Assembly (NCBI GenBank): GCA_000708835.1
Contig: DF237547.1
Location: 1-52,936, forward strand
Direction of reading: 5' to 3'
Length of the DNA: 52,936 bases
From: Klebsormidium nitens
Taxonomy: Eukaryota > Plantae > Klebsormidiophyceae
A program made the position numbers and the translations under genes. Shown piece after piece: positions 23,272 through 34,290 of this stretch (position 1 is the first letter of the stretch; the number at the start of each line of letters is the position of its first letter). The notes beneath the pieces are model-generated. The model saw only the letters and a list, made by a program, of their open reading frames with translations, was not told the DNA's origin and ran no database searches.

Positions 23272-26200
23272 CTAAACCGTGTCCCCGGCCATTTGGAGGG
23301 CGCTCAGCATCGCGATCGCGGCCGTCTCCACTCGGAGGCGACGGGGGCCGAGCCCCACGGGGACTGCGCCGGCAGATTGCAGGCTTGCGAGCTCGCCTTC
23401 CGTGAAATCTGAGTAGGGAGAATTCAAAGACCAGGTTAATGAGGAGCACTGTCATTGTGCCTGTTGTATGTTGTGAAAGTAAGCTTTCTACACAATTCCA
23501 ACACAAGATTTCTTGGCTGGACGTCCATGATACTGAGAAGGTATCTTTCGCTTGGGCGCTGTGGGTCTGCCGCTACCCTGAAAACGCTTCTTTAGAAACT
23601 CGCTGCATATTCGTTACCGAGTTGCAAACCGCAAACGACAAGCGTTGGAGATGAGGCTCGTCAGAAAGTTCACAAATGCTACTGCAGTGATTCCAGACAA
23701 CAGCCTTCACCGAAGTTTTAAAGCTTCGGCAAAGGCATGCCCGACTAACTTCTCCCAGAGCGCATCAGTAAGGTTTTCAGTCACGGCAGTTGAAATCTTT
23801 ACCAGACGGCCACATCAGAGGCTGGTGAAACCAGCTTTAGAATCCCTACCAAGTAAATAAGAAGCCCAATCATCGCCTCTGCTTCGTCGCCGTGGCTTGA
23901 TGTCTATACTTGCACAAATGATGCACAAAGGAGCGAACCCATCCTCGAAGAACGCCGTCAAGACTTCGCCGTCCTCTCCCTTGGGATCATAAAGAAGAAG
24001 AAAAGAAACCCTTTGGAAGGGAGTACACGAGTACTCGGCTCGAGTTGGGAAACGAGCCGAAAGGCTTCAAATCGCAGGAAAAGCCTCGCTGGAGCAAAAG
24101 CAGGGTAATAGTGTGGGCAGATGCAGCGACTCACCCCCCTCAGGGCCGACAAGGAGCAGACCTCCTTTGAGCGGAGGAGGCGTTGCGCGGTAGCTTTCCA
24201 GTAGCGGGCCTGCGCCGGCAGTTGCCAGGTAAGCCCAATTCGACGCCACCTGCAAAGGTGAACATACACACATGACGCTTTGGAGATGAAGATGCGCATG
24301 AGGGCTTTCTTAGGTGTGGGCTTTCTGTTCAAGTCAGAAGCAGGTGACAGTCATGAGAGTGCTTTGATGGTAAGGGGTTTCGCTGTGGCTGACTTGTACC
24401 CTACCGACTTGAGCCTCTGTGTATTCACACAGTCGCCAGCAGTCAGTTCGAGGAATCAAATCAGCGCAAAGGCCTCCTCCCAACCCGTGCAACCGCTTAG
24501 AAAGCCTGCTGAGAAACCGTACCATCCACGTTGACACCGGTCAGGAAAAATGGAAAGACATCGCAGAGCAAGTCTTGCTAGAGAGTAACTAAAGAACTTC
24601 AAGGAAAGCGGGTCAACTCACTGTGGGAAGTAACCGCTGAATCGGTAGAGGCTCCCGCACCGCCATCCCATGCAGCCGCTGGCACTGCTTAGTGGCCGCC
24701 AGAGTGACCCGCTCCCACCGCTCGATGCGTTCGCCGACTGAGGGGGAGCGCTCCGTCAGCAGCGGCTGCAAAGCGGAAGCCCCCAGCTCCGTACACTTCT
24801 CCACCAGCCAGTCGGCGCGGCCACCTTTCAGACTGCCTGTACAGGTGGATGGTCGCCTTTTTGTACCTGAATGTCATGCTTCTGCTTCTGAGCGGCTCTG
24901 TTCGAGGTAAGCGTGCACCTGACGGGGGGTGAGATTCGGGCGATAGTGAGGGAACCCTGGCAAGGAAAAGCTGATATGACAAGCTGGTCTTGTCGTTAAG
25001 TGCTCTGAAGTCCTCCACCAGCCAGTCTGCGCGGCCACCTTTCAGACTGCCTGCACATGTATATGGTCGCCCTCTGGGTGCTCCAGCGTCATGCCTCTGC
25101 TTCTGGGCGGCCCTGTTCGGGGTAAGAACGCGACTAACAAGGGACAAATTATCGGGCGCGAATGAAGGGAACGCTTGTGGGCGGAGAAAGGTGATTCGAC
25201 AAGCTGATCTGAAGTCCCTTGAGCCGGAAGAGAGAATGATAGACACATGGAAGGTTGTAAGAAGCAGCAAAACCTCGAAAAAAGCGCAGATAGTCACATG
25301 AAACGCAGACTCCTGCAGCTTTTAAGTCAAAAGGCAGATCAGGGACAGGCAGGCAGGCTACAAGGATTCTGGTCAGGACAAGGGAGAGAACACTGGAAGA
25401 CGCAAGCATATGTAGCAAACATAGTAGTACAAGCTAGCAATTGGGCTGTTACGAACGCTGATATGAACGCGCACCATGTCAGGGAGAGTTCATTCTTACC
25501 GCACGCAACAACCACCTCCCAGTTGCAGAGTGGAGGCGGGACTCGGACAGGCTCCTCCTCTGCCTGGAGGCTTGCTCCGTCCTTTCCCAGGTGCTCAATT
25601 GTACAAAGCGCCAGGCCACCTTTGCCGTCAAAAAGCTCAAGTCTGCACACAAGAGTACTCCATGAACGGCCATATCGATACTTTCGACCCGCGATGAAAA
25701 ATTGCGCACTCAAAGCACTGGACGCTGCAACGTTGGGCCCCTTAAGCCCGAGCGAGCCTGTTCAAACTTTTGCCACAGGGGCACCCAAGTGAAGATCGAT
25801 GTTCTCTAACCAGTGTGAAAGCTCTCAGTACTACTGGGACGAGTAGTGATGGTTTTCTTTGTCCCACAGTGGCCTTTTACCTGACCAGAATCCCAACAGT
25901 CTGTACTCATGAAGGAGAATGCAAGTCACCACAACACCCATGCATTTAAATTCCCTTATGGGACTCAGGAAAGAGAATGAGTTTCCTCGTCACCCCGGAC
26001 CCTCTCCTTGGCTAGCACGCCCTCACAGGATAATTTGATTGGATCAAGAGATGGATGCTGTGTCTTAAGCATCGATCAGAGGCACGAAAGGGAAGGCAGC
26101 ATTCAGCAACTGGACAACACATACTCTTTAGACTTCAGTAACATCAGAAGAAAATCCACAAACGTATCAACCGAATAACCAAGAAGAAGGAAGTGCCGTC

Positions 26201-27056
26201 CCTCTGCACCTGTTTCCCTCTTTCATGCGCAGCGCCCTGGCCATGTGCCACAGCTCGTTGCCATCCAGGCGTACGCTTTGTCCCTTGCAAAGAGGCAGGC
26301 GCTCGATGAAAAACCGGGGGAGACCGCCGCGCGCCTGGTCCGAAGTTTCTTTCACAGAAAGGTTAACCTGAGAAGCTGCAAGCAGACAGCTATCATCCAG
26401 ATCAAGTTCATTCATGACAAACAAATTTGATCATACACCATGTTTCAACGAGACTCTGATCTATGGGCAACCATCAAGGTCCCCTTGTTTTGACTTCAGT
26501 GTCCACATACTTGGACTATAGCGCGACCATCTTATCCTGAGGAGGCAAAGGCAATGTTTGGCAGATGTTCGGCCAGATGCAGAACAGACTCTGACGGCTT
26601 CAGCGAAGGAGACCTTTGAGAAAGGTGGTTCTGAATGTTTCCAAAATGCAAGCAGACCTGACTGACGCTGATTGTTTCGCAGCAGCAGCTTGAGAAAAAA
26701 GCTGTCCACAAGAATTTTCATTCAGACAATAAACCTGCCAACTCGTATGTGGCAATTGAATATGTCATGACACCTACCGCAAATGAGTTTGTTGCATATA
26801 ATCTTCAGATGCTCAGATATAGGGCACCACTACTGACAAAGTCAATAACACCAAGCATTCTCTTTTCCCAAGGCCCGTTTGGCGTCTCACCAGAAGCGGC
26901 ATAAGTTCTGCTGGGACACTTGACGATAAGAAAGCGGTTCTTGTTTGCAGCCAGTTGTGTGAAGGCGCTTTTTGTTGGCCCGCCAACTTCAGACCAGGCT
27001 CTACAGGCGAGCAGTCCTTGCATTCTCCCAGTGTGTTGTGAAGCAAGGCTTGACAT
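23272..27056 (-). CDS. rsmE: 16S rRNA m3U1498 methyltransferase RsmE family protein, organelle-targeted
   Basis: Exons (minus): 27056-26891, ~26660-26511, 26375-26210, 25642-25500, 24836-24622, 24249-24135, 23408-23272. Motifs: QARGGLPRFF, LWHMARALR, LELFDGKGG, LKGGRADWLVEKCTELG, KQCQR, LLVGPEGDFT, LGPRRLRVETAAI. The two 5' exons are less certain. Confidence 0.93.
25013..25175 (-). repeat. Tandem duplicate (offset ~214 nt) of the intron end plus exon start of RsmE exon 24836-24622
   Basis: The exonic 38 nt are 37/38 identical. The adjacent intronic part aligns at roughly 70-75% proximally and less further out. Confidence 0.92.
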
Positions 27057-27568
27057 CCTTCCTGCAAATCCCTTTAGGTTCTGAAGGCGCAAGCACTCTG
27101 CAGTTGCTAATTTGAGCTCAAATGGGAGCTGCAGGCGACATTCTCCTGAGCCCGTTCACTGAGTTTCTACTGCTCCCTACGGGGAGCACCACCAAATGTC
27201 TTCAGTCCAAGCTTTCAACAAAACACTCCTTGTGTGCGCTCTTCGAAACCACCAGCAAAAGCAAAGTGGCTCCACACAATGACAATAATGTGAGAACTAC
27301 TGAAGCGTTTTCTGAGCTGCGAAGCTCGCTGGCAACTAGACAAGCGTCAAAAAGCATGGCCCAAGTTCCAGGTCGTACAGTGGTTTTACGATTAATGGCA
27401 GAATATGTCCGTGGTTGTCAATGTCGCTCTACGTGCTTCAAATCCTGGCGTAGAGCGTCCCGCTCGGAGAGGAAGCAAAGTCGGCCTCGTCCGCCGTCTT
27501 CCCCCCTTTTCCAGCTGCACCCCTCTCAGCGCCGTTGCTAGGGCCGGTGTTTCAGCAAGGCAGCAGCC

Positions 27569-30248
27569 ATGGTGCAGCGGTTGACTTACCGGAGGCGGCA
27601 CTCCTATGCCACCAAGTCCAACCAGGTCAGGAAGGTCAAGACCCCTGGTGAGTGCCCTAGCGTGATGCGCTTGCCGGATTGCTTCTAGGGTTGTGATGAC
27701 CATGTTCGACGTCGGTAGCGTGGGGCTGTTTTCCTGCTGACATGCTCTGCCGACATGGTTCGCTTGGGAGCCTCTGATTTTCTGGCAGTTCGGACCTTCT
27801 CTGGTGTGCTGAAGGTACCTGTATGCTGTCCCAATGGTTGATTCTCACCGGCTGGAATGCTTCTCGTCGTTAGAAGGAGCATCGGTGAAAAGGAGCCATT
27901 TCTCTTTGGAGCCTGGAAGGTCTTTCCTGGCTAGGCGGATAAGCCAGGTCGCACAAAGTGTCACGCAATGATCACGGTGCTCTTTTTGGTAATGGTCCGT
28001 CACAATGGCCTATATGCAAGGGCAGAGATGCTTGTGAAGGTCTTCTCTGGAGATCAGTCTTTGTGCGTTTAGAACTACGGTAATGGTTGTCAGGAGCTTC
28101 TCGGGCCTGAGGATTTTCCACGAGTAGCAAATTATTGTTGTTGGTTAACGACACGGAAAGCCTTTTTACACACATACGCTGCGGGGATAAACTTCTGCTG
28201 CTTTGTGATTCCCTAGGGCTTCCCCATCTGAGATGTCAGAGTTGCTCATTTAGCTTGCCTCCATAGTCGTGCTGGCATGGCTCATTCAGCGCGTTTGTGC
28301 AAACAGGCACGTTTGCATTCGTCTCAATACACATTTTTTGCATACGCCCTCTCTTCTGAAAGTCCTTTTCCAATTCATCAGAGTAGCTTGACCTCAGCGA
28401 TCCGAACGGTCAATCCTCTTTTCAGGTGGTAAGTTGACCCTACACATTGCAAAGAAGCGCGCCAACGGGCCCAAGTGCGCTAAGACCAATGTCAGGCTAC
28501 CTGGGGTGAGTACGCAGGGCCTACTTCGCTCGTTAGTACAACTTTGCATGGATGAGTTATGTAGACATTGCCCAAATGCAGACGTTGGCAGCGCTATGCA
28601 AAACGGGCCACAGATTGTCCCGGAGTGAGAAGTTTTCACTTCTCACTCGATCTTTATAATGAAGCATAGTGCGACGGCAATGAGGGAACGGGAAGATGAG
28701 GACTTTTCCCCGGAAGAGGGCAGATACAAACAAAGGGGGCAGATACAAAGGAACAAGGGCAATATGATATGGAGGGAAAGCCTAGTTTCGCCAGAGGTGG
28801 AGGTCGATACTTCTGGGCACAAATGTTGACTTGGCAGTTTCAGCCACAGATTGCGGGGGCGGAACAGATGTAGTGATGCGGGAGTGGGTAGAGATGGCGA
28901 CTGCTTTCTGGACGAACCCTGGGGCTAAGGCAGCTGGAAAACATCTCTTGTTCTTGAATAGCTATGCCCTATTGGAGCGCGTCATGTTGGCTTCTCTAGC
29001 CCGTCGAATCAGCCACCCACTCGCGGTCTCGTAACTGCACAAATCAGAATTCTGCCAAAACTGTAAACCGAACAGCCGAGAGCTTTTGGGCGACGGGCTT
29101 GTTGGAGCGCTTTAGATCAACGTCCCTGCAGAAAGCTGCTACTTTGGTGAGCTGTCTGAAATGATTGGATTGGAGAAGCAAGGGGCAGGTTTTGTCCTAA
29201 AGTCTTTGACGGCAGCTTTTAAATCTGCGCCTTTTTTGCAGATTCCTCATTTGCGGCCGACAGAGTACAGCAGCAGGCGCCTGTCGAAGAGGCATAAGAC
29301 TGTGAACCGGGCGTACGGAGGGGTCATGAGCGCGGGAGTTGTCAGGGAGAGGTAGGGCCCTTCGTTGATCAAACTTTTTTGTACATCGCGTGTGAACAGG
29401 CGAGCCAGGATTGGTAGCGGCCCGGTCGGGTTACGTTCTTTTGTATTTAACGCCACCTTAACTCAAGCGAGGTCTCACCGTAGGATCAATTGACCCAGGA
29501 CGAGTGCAGACTGTCTTGATGGCTCCGTTTTATTCATGCGACAACTGAGTCGGAGGGGATTCTCGTTTGTCAATACCCTCAAATATTTTCAACATAGGGT
29601 GATCATTAGGCATTCAAAGTACAGAGATGTATGTTTTATGTTTTTGAAACATGTTTTGGGGGTCGCATCAGCACAATTGCAGTTTGAAACACTTTGCACA
29701 AGCAGTTGGAAGTCGCATCAGACCATCGAGTATGTCCACAAGGTGCAGCCGTTAGAAGATTGCTGCTTTTAAGATGGCAAGACGAGTTAGCAGTTGAGAG
29801 AGCCATCGTGTTGCAGGTCCATCCTGGTCGTTTGGATTGCACTTCTTTGCCGGGGTTGAATTCGTGTAGACAGGATTGGGGCAGAAGTGATCGATCCTGG
29901 ATGCTGCTGAATGGTCTTAGGGGAATTGCTTCAGAAGGAGCATAGCAAGAAACGAAGATTCTTTGCGGGTTTTTCTAGTAGTGAAGGAGCCACTATTTGT
30001 TTCCTGTGGAAGAAGAGTCAAACATCCTCTGTCCACGTCTGGTTGATTACGTTGTGCGGAGGAAGTGGCCATCGCAGTAAACACCAAGCGACAAGATTAA
30101 TGCCGTTAAGAAAACTCTTGTACTCATCTCTATGCGCTTTTGATGCAGGATTGTTCGTGCTTTCCTTGTCGAGGAGCAGAAAATCGTGAAGAAGGTGCTC
30201 AAGATCCAAAAGTCAAAGGAGAAGGCAGCGGCCAAGGCCTCCGCATAA
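27569..30248 (+). CDS. RPL34: 60S ribosomal protein L34 (eL34), 122 aa
   Basis: Exons 27569-27647, 28426-28505, 29242-29351 and 30149-30248 translate to [30 protein letters not shown]...VNRAYGG...[19 protein letters not shown]. Confidence 0.98.
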
Positions 30249-30949
30249 GCTTCCCCTGAGGTTCAGGATTTATATGACCACTCTTGTAAACAAGTTCAAC
30301 GCGGCTCTTGCTTCTATGTCTGCTTTTCCACCATGGTTCAGATAGCCGACTGCGATGCCCGACTGCGATGCGGATGATACATGCTTGGGGGTAGCTGCAC
30401 ACATATTTGATTCGGGGGCTGAGCGATGCACAATAATAGCCACTTGGAGGCCTGAAGTCGAATCGGCTGTGCAGCCGCCTGCGTTATTGAGTCCTTTTGT
30501 GATGAGGATCGACGGCTTGATCGGTATTGGAAGCGACATGGCATCTTTGACGGAAATGCACTGTGTCACCCACGTTATGGACATCCTGGCACTTGCTTAT
30601 TCCGACCGATTGCACTGTTTTGTGTTGTCCTCGTACACATTGCGCGATTTCATTGTCATCATCGATTCGATTGAACACACCCACACTTTCCTGGATATTT
30701 CAGTTCAGGACAAGCGTGTGGCATGCAGCCAGGCGGCATGCATGGTCCAACTTTTTAAACAGTGGCTTCATCGCACTTGACTCTTCCACACAGTCGATTT
30801 TGACCGCCAGCATGTGTGCTGCGAAGCTGGCGCAGGGTTTGATCCCTTTTCTATGTATACGTACTTGCGCTTCTCAGCACGTGCTCAGGTATTCTTAAGA
30901 TGTGGCCCCTGCTCCTGTCTAACCTTATACATGAAGCCCATGCAGAACC

Positions 30950-31500
30950 TAGAGCTCGGAGCTCCGGGCCCTTGTGCAAAAGATCGCGATGGGCCCGTAA
31001 ATTACCCACACGGATAGCTCTGGCATGTTAATGCTTGCAATGCAAGACACGTATGGAAAATGTTGCCCTTGAAGATCTGCACATGAATCATGGGTCCGAA
31101 TCGATGGGCAGTGCACGACTGTCCACCGCCGCTCTGTTCGTAGATCAAGCAAGAGACGGCCAGCTAGCTCGTATACAGGTATCGCAAGTCAGTGCAGGCC
31201 GCCTAACATAGCTGCTGCCGCCAAGTGCTCATCGCAGAAGAGAATATATCTTGGCATGCAGGTTGTCCGCGCGGCAAACTGTCTCGACTCAAAGGCCTGG
31301 GGTCGCAATCGGTGAGCATGCCACCCACACCTGTGCCTCTAGGGGCCGGAGCACACTCAAAGCATCATGATTCAACCATACTGATCCTTGGTCACCCTTC
31401 AAGTTCAGCATCTATGTGAAGATCGACTGCCAGCAGTAGCTAGCAGGACAGCCATGGGCCGCAGAAGCAGGATCTGAAAGGAGCTGGGCCCAGGACCACG
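30950..31500. other. Intergenic palindrome-rich island
   Basis: Clustered GAGCTC, GGGCCC, CTAG and CATG sites between the convergent RPL34 and F-box genes. Confidence 0.4.
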
Positions 31501-31925
31501 TACTCCCGAGCATTGCAGTGTCATCCAAAATGCAGATCGAGTTCTTGACGTTGATGAGCATCATTTGGGCAGTTCCATTTGAAAATTACAAAGCAGCAAC
31601 CTGCAGTCTTTGCTTGCTAGCTAGTGTAAGCCAGTGTAAGCGGTATGCATTTCTCTTTGAAAAGCGCAAGGCCGAATGTTTTGGTAGATCCTTACGACGG
31701 CTGTACAAGTCAGTCCAATCAACTTCCTTCTCCCCTAGATTTGTTGCAGGCATGACCTTGATGCTAGCTGATCTCACTTTCCTTGTTACTGCTTAATCTA
31801 GCAGCTTGTGGAACAAAACAGATTTGACTTTATGAAACCCTGGACTACTTACGCAGCTGCCCAAGTTCATCAGTATACAGCTTTATTCATGTTGACCCAC
31901 ACCTTGTCCAATTAGAACAAAGCGT

Positions 31926-32825
31926 TCAGAGTTTGACTCTCACCACCCGTACCATGATTGCAAGGAAGATCGCTATCATCACCACCCCCAGCGCTCCAAA
32001 GCACATGGAGCACAGGAACTGCCGCCGGAAGGCTCTTGCGCACGGCCGGCAGTGCGTCCTCTCCAGGTGGTCGCCTGTGCGGCTGCAGACTTGGGGACAC
32101 AGAGCATTCACCTTGCAACGCTTGCAGAGGACTCCCTTGCACTCTCTGCACAGCTCGATCCTTCTGCACCGTCCGCACAGGCCCAAGTCATCTGCCTTTG
32201 CCCCACAGGTAGCACACAGGTGACTGTAGACCGCAACCTGACCCCCCGCGCGGGTCAGATCGAACTGTGACAAGTAAGTGAGGTTTTCTGCGTAGATGGC
32301 TTTGATGTTGTTAAAGCTCAGATTTGTTCTAGACTTGTCCCAGGGGGCCTCCAACTTCTGGTCCAAGCGAGTGAGAAGGTGAACAAACTCAGCTGACGTC
32401 ACTCTACAGCGGGAGATGTCAATCTTTGAGGGGGGTGAGGCGTGCTTGTCTATTCTTTCCAGAATAGCCTCGAGGCTGGCGTTCGTGAGCTTGCAGCACC
32501 CTGCCAGGTCAATGACCCTCGTTCTAGTTCTTCTCCCACTCCCTGCTCGCTGATCAAGCTCCAAGAACTGCGCATCCGTCAGCCGCTTCACTACACTTCT
32601 GTCAACCCCTCCCCCTGGCAGTTTCCTAGTGAAGCGCAAAGGAAAGTTGGCCCACAGAGCCTGGCTGGAGGCAGCCTCATAGAACCCCTTGTTGACAAGA
32701 CGCACTCTAGAGAGCTCAAAAACGTCCAGGTCTTTGAGGATGGATGGTAGGACAGCATAAGGGAAGTTGGCTCCAGCAATACCGGTATCGCCAGCTCCGC
32801 CGTTGCCTCCAGCAGGTGCCGCCAT
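31926..32825 (-). CDS. F-box protein with LRR-like segment, Cys-rich region and C-terminal transmembrane helix (SKIP14/SKIP28-like architecture)
   Basis: Single 299-aa ORF. F-box-like FPYAVLPSILKDLDVFELSRVRLVNKGFYEAASSQALW, LRR-like IDLAGCCKLTNASL and IDISRC, about seven CxxC pairs, and the hydrophobic tail FGALGVVMIAIFLAIMVRVV. Confidence 0.85.
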   Translation of the reverse strand: MAAPAGGNGGAGDTGIAGANFPYAVLPSILKDLDVFELSRVRLVNKGFYEAASSQALWANFPLRFTRKLPGGGVDRSVVKRLTDAQFLELDQRAGSGRRTRTRVIDLAGCCKLTNASLEAILERIDKHASPPSKIDISRCRVTSAEFVHLLTRLDQKLEAPWDKSRTNLSFNNIKAIYAENLTYLSQFDLTRAGGQVAVYSHLCATCGAKADDLGLCGRCRRIELCRECKGVLCKRCKVNALCPQVCSRTGDHLERTHCRPCARAFRRQFLCSMCFGALGVVMIAIFLAIMVRVVRVKL

Positions 32826-32929
32826 ATTCTACAGCCCGCACAATACTTGAAAGGCGTTACACCTCTTTGCAGCGAAGCAAGCACTTCTGAACATGTGTCT
32901 GTCAACAGTGTTGCTGGAATCTGGACAGA

Positions 32930-33480
32930 GGGATCGCATTCATGCATGGGGGATCCCCGCAGTCGACGAGCGCATCATAATGCGGCATACCGTATATCGC
33001 CCGCTCGGCGCTCAGGCGGCCGCCCCTGAAATCTAGGCGGCCGCAGTCCCGACCGCAACCAATTGAACGGTCTTGAATTAATCTCGTAGTGCATCGGCGG
33101 TCCTTACTGCTTGATTCCAGATCGACGGCGCTTTGCAATCACAAACCCTCTAGCAAACATCGCAACGGCAACTTGAACTTCCAATTCGTCAGCGCGGCGG
33201 CCAGCCGCGCGCGCGGCGTGAGAGGGAGCAGACGGATGAACCTTGAACCGACGGATGCTATTGTAATAGCATTTGTCTAGCATCGACGGTGCTCATGTGC
33301 TCATGACCTCATGGCTTTGAAGCTTACGCTGATCCAGCGGCTGAGTTCGGTCTAGTTATTATATTGCAGCGATGGGGCGCCCGGCCTGCGCTTGCAGCCT
33401 CAAATTGTCCCTGACAATGTCAAAGCAGCTTCGGACAAGATAGACTGCATGGCGGGACTCGCTAGGATCGAGAGGGCTGC
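32930..33480. promoter_or_regulatory. Palindrome-rich island between divergent F-box and RRM genes
   Basis: Two GCGGCCGC sites near 33016 and 33037, and the hairpin ATGCTATT-GT-AATAGCAT at 33255-33272. The regulatory role is inferred from position. Confidence 0.35.
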
Positions 33481-34290
33481 CTTGCGCGCAGGACATAAAA
33501 GACTCCGATCAGAATGATGAACCTTCTGCAATCGTGTCCAAAAGCTACTGGGGTTCCTCGTGCCGCGAAAGGAACCATTCGATCTGCAACGCAGGAAAGC
33601 GCGCGAGTCTTACCTTTAGCAGCTTGTAAAAGCTTAGCAAGGGAACCTTCTTTTGATATGCTATGACGCTTCCGTTCACGCCGATGAAGTGCTTCAGGCT
33701 GCTACGCAGTTCTGCTTCGACGCAAACCTCAATATCAAGCAGCCAAAAAGCGCAAGATGCAGCGTAGTATCAGAGGCCATTGTGACCACTCTCTGGTAGA
33801 CCGCGAAGAAGGCATCAGGATGGAAACGGAGCGCCAAATGAAAGGAAGCCAGATGGGATTGGGAATGAAGCGGGAGAGAGAGCAGCATGCAAACAATGGC
33901 AGTGCTGCGCAGAGAGACACGGTGCGGAATAATCTCCCTTCAAAGGAATTCCACGCAAGAGACATGGCATTTGGATAGCATGTCAGTGCATGAAGCATGA
34001 CCCTTGCAACAGCAGAGTCTGCAGACGGCTTGAAGGCCTCGTCAGGATCTACGACGTGGTCTGTCGTAGCGCAAAAGGACAAAAGAGAAGCTGAATAGTC
34101 TTTCAAGGCTAGGCTTCTGCTGCCTGGAAGAACACCATTTATGATCATTCTCTTGACTATTGTCAGGACTCAGTCGCATCCTGTCTATACAAGCTGTTTG
34201 CGTGATGCATTCAAGTTGGTTGGAAAACCTTCTCCTCTGATTTTGCTTCTGGCGAGGCTCCTTTGCTCTGGCTGACAGTACATTGTTCAG

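Noticed and set aside
28722-28765. Short GGGCAGATACAAA direct repeat in RPL34 intron 2
   Set aside because: Ordinary micro-duplication with no link to exon sequence.
30270-30898. Overlapping ORFs after RPL34
   Set aside because: No domain signal; likely 3' UTR or intergenic sequence.
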